Source of the DNA: Candidatus Woesearchaeota archaeon
GTDB taxonomy: Archaea; Nanobdellota; Nanobdellia; Woesearchaeales; GW2011-AR9
Assembly: GCA_016188105.1 (NCBI GenBank)
Contig: JACPIL010000048.1
Span: 1-30,109, forward strand
Reading direction: 5' to 3'
DNA: 30,109 nt
In this document: one piece after another, positions 25,887 through 30,109 of the stretch
How the letters are laid out: every line of letters begins with the position of its first letter
How positions within the stretch are numbered: position 1 is the stretch's first letter
Made by a program: the position numbers and the translations under genes
Notes under the pieces: generated by a model
Databases searched by the model: none
What the model was told of the DNA's origin: nothing
Seen by the model: only the letters and a program-made list of their open reading frames with translations

Positions 25887-26726
25887 TTATAGATTGGCTT
25901 CCCTCTTTAAGGAGAGAGCTTGCCTTTCTGAACGTGCAATTATTTCGTCACTGGTTTCTTTATTCACGATTGCGTATTCTACTCCTACCGCTTTTGCCTC
26001 GCGGAAAGCTTTCTGTAATAATATTTCCGTAGTTTCTGATGTAGGATAGGCTGCTTCTACCGCTAAATTCATAGCCCAGGTAGCAGCCTGAATCACATTC
26101 TGAGTGTACTCTTTCTCGTCGATATGCAATTGTTTAGCATCAAATACTAATCCCTCTTCCCAAACTGCAACTAAGTTCAAACCAACTTCCATGGGTTTGA
26201 TGTCGAGGCGCTTTAAGGTTTCTGCAACTTTTGGAGAGATAACATCTCCTTCCTTAGCGACGGTAGTATCCTGGATCACTTCCAGTTTTCCCGCATTTAC
26301 TTTAGTTTTGATACCGACAGCGGCTAATTCTGAAATGATCGGCCCTGGCGCAAAACTGGTAGGGCCCGCTTTTACAATGATGTCTCTGGGCGCGGTCTGG
26401 CCTGCTTTTGCCGGAGCTTCAGATTTATTTTTTTCGATAAGCGCATTAAGAGCAAAAGGATTGTCCTTGGTAAAGAGTAAGGCAGGCATTCCTCGGATTT
26501 TTTGTTTTAATTGCTGCAGATTTTCTTTTTTTGATTGGTCAAGAGCAAGCTCCAATAATTTCTTCTTGGTCATGCTTAGCTTAACGCCTTTTTGCTTGAG
26601 CATGGCGCGCATGGTTTGTAATTGCTGAGCAGGTAAATTTTGTAAATTAAGTACCCCGACAATAGGATATTGGTCAATGTCTTTAATCAACTGCTGTACA
26701 AGTTGTTTTTTTTGTTGGCTGACCAT
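25887..26726 (-). CDS. rplP0: Ribosomal stalk protein L10/P0 (no acidic C-terminal tail)
   Basis: PAKAGQTAP.DI.VKAGPTSFAPGP, LDIKPMEVGL and three C-terminal spine helices. Confidence 0.95.
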   Translation of the reverse strand: MVSQQKKQLVQQLIKDIDQYPIVGVLNLQNLPAQQLQTMRAMLKQKGVKLSMTKKKLLELALDQSKKENLQQLKQKIRGMPALLFTKDNPFALNALIEKNKSEAPAKAGQTAPRDIIVKAGPTSFAPGPIISELAAVGIKTKVNAGKLEVIQDTTVAKEGDVISPKVAETLKRLDIKPMEVGLNLVAVWEEGLVFDAKQLHIDEKEYTQNVIQAATWAMNLAVEAAYPTSETTEILLQKAFREAKAVGVEYAIVNKETSDEIIARSERQALSLKREANL

Positions 26727-26767
26727 TTTCTATTTATTATTTTATATTATTTTATTATTCTCTTACC

Positions 26768-27406
26768 TTATACTTTCACTGGTTTTCCCATACTCAACTT
26801 TAACATGACGTTCTTAATATTCTGCGCTTCATTAGGCAACTGTTTGATAGTAGCTTGGTAAACAGTCAAAATATTATCGATGATTTGATCTTCTGGCTGG
26901 TCTTCTTTTCCGACATGGCATTGTACATTGGTTCCTTTCTTCGCGCTAAGGCGCACAGTAGTAGCAAGTTTCTTTACCAATGGTTCAAGGTTAGCGTTGG
27001 GAGGAACAACACATCCTAACTTAGGGTTAGGCATTTTTCCTCGAGCGCCGAGAGCTTTACCGAAAATAGCTGCTAGTTTTGGCATAAGAGTAGCTTGAGC
27101 GATAAAATAATTATAATTCTGGGCTAGGCTTTTGACTTCTTTTTTGTCTTTATATTTTTCAAAATCAGTTTCACGAATCGATAGATCACAGAATTTAGCC
27201 GCTTGTTCAACTAGTTGTTGATCAACAAAAGCAGCAGTCTTGATCTTTTTTCCTCGAGGGTAATGAAGAGTGACAAAGAGATCAACTGGATGTTGTTTGA
27301 CATCATGATCTTTAAGATTGATGACTAAATCGTAAGATTGGACAAACTTGCGTTTAGGCTGCTTCTGTAATTCCTGTAGCGCTTTTTGGACTTGTTCTTT
27401 GTTCAT
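26768..27406 (-). CDS. rpl1: 50S ribosomal protein L1
   Basis: KRKFVQSYDLVINLKD, FIAQATLM..GKALGARGKMP and KLSMGKP. Confidence 0.96.
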   Translation of the reverse strand: MNKEQVQKALQELQKQPKRKFVQSYDLVINLKDHDVKQHPVDLFVTLHYPRGKKIKTAAFVDQQLVEQAAKFCDLSIRETDFEKYKDKKEVKSLAQNYNYFIAQATLMPKLAAIFGKALGARGKMPNPKLGCVVPPNANLEPLVKKLATTVRLSAKKGTNVQCHVGKEDQPEDQIIDNILTVYQATIKQLPNEAQNIKNVMLKLSMGKPVKV

Positions 27407-27416
27407 AACAACCTCC

Positions 27417-27460
27417 CACTGGGCAGAATTCGGTTCATCATGATCAGAGCCGAGCCAGTG
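27417..27460 (-). promoter_or_regulatory. 5'-UTR hairpin with K-loop (box D CTGA / box C ATGATGA) adjoining the rpl1 SD
   Basis: CACTGG-C-TCGG-CT-CTGA-TC-ATGATGA-A-CCGA-ATTCTGC-CCAGTG followed immediately by GGAGG and then ATG. Confidence 0.6.
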
Positions 27461-27494
27461 GTATTATTGGTTTGACTGTTGGGGACGGAGCTTA

Positions 27495-27510
27495 TTTATA
27501 AAGATTTTGG
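27495..27510 (-). promoter_or_regulatory. BRE + TATA box of the rpl1-rplP0-rpl12 operon
   Basis: CCAAAATC-TTTATAAA about 90 nt upstream of the ATG, implying a leader of roughly 65 nt. Confidence 0.6.
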
Positions 27511-27646
27511 AAAAAATTGGCTCTGTCGAAAAAGTCAGTTAGCGCTTGGAGGGATACAATGAAGGAGCGCTGCAGTGATCACCTTTAAATATTATAAGGA
27601 GGTTTGGAAGAAGATATCCAAAAAATGAGGATTATTATTGTCAATC

Positions 27647-28117
27647 TCATAACCGCTTCTGGAATGTATCTCTGATCTCATTAACCTTTTTTTCGTTTAA
27701 TTTGATAATAATTGACTTACACTTAACTAAAAATTCTGGAGCTTTCTGAATCATCTTATGGTATTGTTCGTCTGGAACAGTCCTATCAATGTAATACTGG
27801 GAATCAACTCTTGCTTTCAAAGATTTTTCCATAAAATCAAATTCTGATTCTTGAAAATAATCTTTAAGGAATCTTTTTGCAAATTCAATAGTACAGGAGT
27901 GAATTTCACATTTTATGCCGATCTTCATCAAAATAGCATAAAGCGAAAAGTAGATGGTGAAATATGCGGTTGAAATCTTCCAATCTTTAATAATGTTCAC
28001 TCGCATTGACTCAAGAGCTTCTTCAGCTTTCTTAATGTAGGCATTGGCAAGATCTGAATTCGGCTCAATTAAACTTAATCCTTCTTTCTTCCCTGCGCAC
28101 CATTTTATCTTATCCAT
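27647..28117 (-). CDS. HEPN-domain protein
   Basis: AEEALES...AYFTIYFSLYAILMKIGI...H...R...QY, a UPF0332-like HEPN pattern; overlaps the MNT gene by 8 nt. Confidence 0.85.
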   Translation of the reverse strand: MDKIKWCAGKKEGLSLIEPNSDLANAYIKKAEEALESMRVNIIKDWKISTAYFTIYFSLYAILMKIGIKCEIHSCTIEFAKRFLKDYFQESEFDFMEKSLKARVDSQYYIDRTVPDEQYHKMIQKAPEFLVKCKSIIIKLNEKKVNEIRDTFQKRL

Positions 28118-28700
28118 CCTTGAAAACCACCCGTATAAATTGCTCTACATTAACAAAAACCACGTGGTTTTTTAAAACTTCTTTCAGAAGAATGTCTTTG
28201 GTCAAATTTTTCTCAAAAGTTTTTAGGGGATAGCACCTTACACTTATTTCTATGCCTAAATTTTTTGAAACTTTTGTTATCTCATCTTGGTTATAATCAC
28301 CAGCGACAAAAATATCCAAATCAGAACCTTCTTTTTCTAATCCTTTGACATAACTTCCAAAAATAACCGCAATTCCGCTGATATGGGGGATTATTTTCTC
28401 TATGATTTCCTTAATCAAAAGTCTTTTTTCTAAAAAGGCGATTGCCTTGTATTGTTCTACCAAAACGAGATACCTCTTAGTAAACTCACTGGGATTTATT
28501 TTATAAGTCTTGATTTTTCCTTTAGTTTTTGATTCTATAATCCCTTTATCTTCTAAATCTTCAAGAATAAGCTGTGCGGTTCTGGGGCTTATTTTTAACA
28601 ATCTCTCAACTTCCCTAATGTAGTACTCTCTCCTAAAATCATTGGTAAATAGGGATAAGACTTGTAAGCTGTTCTCGGTTATTCTAAGTTTATTATACAT
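28110..28700 (-). CDS. wHTH + minimal nucleotidyltransferase (MNT)
   Basis: N-terminal YIREVERLLKISPRT wHTH; IFGSYVKGLEKEGSDLDIF GS-x10-DxD motif. Confidence 0.9.
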   Translation of the reverse strand: MYNKLRITENSLQVLSLFTNDFRREYYIREVERLLKISPRTAQLILEDLEDKGIIESKTKGKIKTYKINPSEFTKRYLVLVEQYKAIAFLEKRLLIKEIIEKIIPHISGIAVIFGSYVKGLEKEGSDLDIFVAGDYNQDEITKVSKNLGIEISVRCYPLKTFEKNLTKDILLKEVLKNHVVFVNVEQFIRVVFKDG

Positions 28701-28999
28701 ACGTATGATAAATAATACTGTAGATATATAAATCTTTTTGTGGTTTTATTGTAGGGTATTATGGGGGAGATATTCAGAAAATGGACTAACCTAATTTCTT
28801 TCGCATCTTTGCCATTAATCCCTGCAGGGTAGACCTGTTTGAACCCCATTAACATAACAAGAATAAAATTAATAGAAATAGAATAAAACTAAATAAAACG
28901 GGATTTAAATAAATATTTTAAGATTGAATTTCCCTTTTTGTTAATAATTATTAATTTTTAAAGAAAGATTTATAAACCATTTTAGCTCTACCTGCTCAT

Positions 29000-29533
29000 T
29001 TGAAAAAAGAGGGAAAAGAAGGTGTATTATTTGATACTATCTTAACTAGGTTAAGTTCTCAGCAATTGTTAAAAGCAGTATTGCAAAAACTCCAGCAGGA
29101 ACAGAATTTGCAGCTTCCGGATCTGATCAAAACTTTTCAAGAAGCAAAGCAGGAAGCGCAGCTGCCGTTGTCGATTTTTTCTCATTCGCTGGAGCCGGCA
29201 GAGGCGCTCTATAAGTTCCTCAAAGAGAACGAAGGGTTTTCTTTTCAGCGGATAGCGCAGACGATGAAAAGAGATCAGAAAAGCATCTGGGCTACCTATC
29301 AGAGAGCGCAGGAAAGAAGAAACCAAAAATTTCTGGTGAAAGAAGAAAAATATCTGCTGCCGCTTTCGATATTCAATAACCGTTCTTACAGTTTTCTTGA
29401 AAGTGTTGTTTTCTATCTGAATTCAGCTTATCATCTTTCCAATAAAGAAATTGCGAAACTGCTGCGCAAAACTCCGAATACTATTGCCGTACTCATGAAA
29501 CGAGCCAGAGATAAACATGAAGCTAGATTATAA
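29000..29533 (+). CDS. Protein with duplicated sigma70-region-4-like HTH
   Basis: Two copies of LPLSIF...E.(L/V)..(F/Y)L.....S...IA..(M/L).(R/K)....I.....RA; TTG start. Confidence 0.75.
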   Translation: MKKEGKEGVLFDTILTRLSSQQLLKAVLQKLQQEQNLQLPDLIKTFQEAKQEAQLPLSIFSHSLEPAEALYKFLKENEGFSFQRIAQTMKRDQKSIWATYQRAQERRNQKFLVKEEKYLLPLSIFNNRSYSFLESVVFYLNSAYHLSNKEIAKLLRKTPNTIAVLMKRARDKHEARL

Positions 29534-30109
29534 TTTAGAAGCATTGAACTTGAGAAAGAGAGCAGTAGAGAGAGCTGCGAAAGCAGTAGCGCTGAAACTG
29601 GAAAAAACTCTTTACTTGTATAATATCGAAAAAGAGAAGCGAAAATCTGCAGCAGTCAAGCAGCTGCGGGTTTTGCTGGACTATGAAACCAAAGAATTAG
29701 AAAGGGCGAAGGCAGAGCTGCGGGAGATCGCAGTGAAGATGATTCTGCTGGAACAGGAAAAGCAAAAACAGGCCAAGACCAGGATGAGAGGAATAGCAGT
29801 ATTGCTGATCTTCTCTCTGGCATTTGCAGGGTTGATGGCGCAATATGGGCTGCGCGATGATGTAACGCAAGAATTTATTGATACTTCAAATGCTCCAAGC
29901 TTTTCCATTACCGATAAATTCCTTGCCTTCCTGGAAAAATTAGATCACTACCGCAGCGATAATTCCCTTACCGGGGCAATAGTTGGAATTCCTGTTGGAA
30001 ATTGTCGTGAAGAGAGAAGTTGTGTGAATGAAACAATTACTGCTTGTAAAAATGAAACGGTGCAGAGATGTGATTCGGTTTGTGTAAATGAAACGATTGA
30101 AAATTGTTC
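29517..30109 (+). CDS. Membrane-anchored surface protein, N-terminal part (runs off window end; not in ORF track)
   Basis: Manual translation from ATG 29517 stays open to the end: coiled coil MKLDYNLEALNLRKRAVERAAK..., TM IAVLLIFSLAFAGLMA, LTGAIVG, then a Cys-rich region with three NET sequons. Confidence 0.8.
   Translation, partial: MKLDYNLEALNLRKRAVERAAKAVALKLEKTLYLYNIEKEKRKSAAVKQLRVLLDYETKELERAKAELREIAVKMILLEQEKQKQAKTRMRGIAVLLIFSLAFAGLMAQYGLRDDVTQEFIDTSNAPSFSITDKFLAFLEKLDHYRSDNSLTGAIVGIPVGNCREERSCVNETITACKNETVQRCDSVCVNETIENC

Noticed and set aside
27417-27460. Stand-alone box C/D guide sRNA
   Set aside because: Only one D/C pair is present, with no outer box C, terminal box D or two guide regions.
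27542-27585. AGCGCT...AGCGCT stem and GTGATCAC palindrome as an ncRNA
   Set aside because: The stem is only about 6 bp, no family is recognisable, and the 10-mer shared with the 863-964 element is expected by chance.
28679-28855. 58-aa minus-strand ORF (MLMGFKQVYPAG...)
   Set aside because: It overlaps the MNT start and promoter and has no recognisable motif or SD.
1181-29908. Many short antisense or overlapping ORFs in the track (e.g. 1181-1405, 3272-3604, 7745-8074, 21044-21325, 26104-26628, 29681-29908)
   Set aside because: They are nested in or antisense to well-supported genes and have no motifs.
1-30109. CRISPR array, rRNA, transposase or integrase
   Set aside because: No regularly spaced repeats, rRNA-like segments, or DDE/tyrosine/serine recombinase motifs were seen.

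Overview
A 30-kb archaeal chromosomal segment. The gene set (Cdc6/Orc1, TFB, aIF2-gamma, GatD, Sm, L37e, S17e, L1-P0-L12, PAC2, translin) is archaeal. The compact AT-rich layout and Cys-rich surface proteins suggest a DPANN/Woesearchaeota-like lineage, which is inference. It is mostly housekeeping genes mixed with small accessory genes. Strongest observations: (1) a bacterial-type MetK split at its GGGAF/SGKD signature by a 450-aa LAGLIDADG intein and read through in frame into a membrane/PH-like domain; (2) a box D/box C K-loop hairpin abutting the Shine-Dalgarno of rpl1, a candidate L7Ae-controlled leader; (3) tRNA-Leu(GAG) with a 20-nt intron at non-canonical position 30/31, next to a lone PD-(D/E)XK nuclease-like gene; (4) two GC-rich intergenic palindromic elements sharing a GA-NN-GNA-NN-GA mini-hairpin; (5) a tandem HIT protein lacking the catalytic His in both domains; (6) two nucleotidyltransferase-based TA-like pairs, an orphan DUF444 VWA gene and a phasin-UbiB pair. 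Three features are missing from the ORF track: rpl37e and the partial genes at both ends. No CRISPR array, rRNA, transposase or integrase was seen. All family calls come from motif recognition, not database searches.
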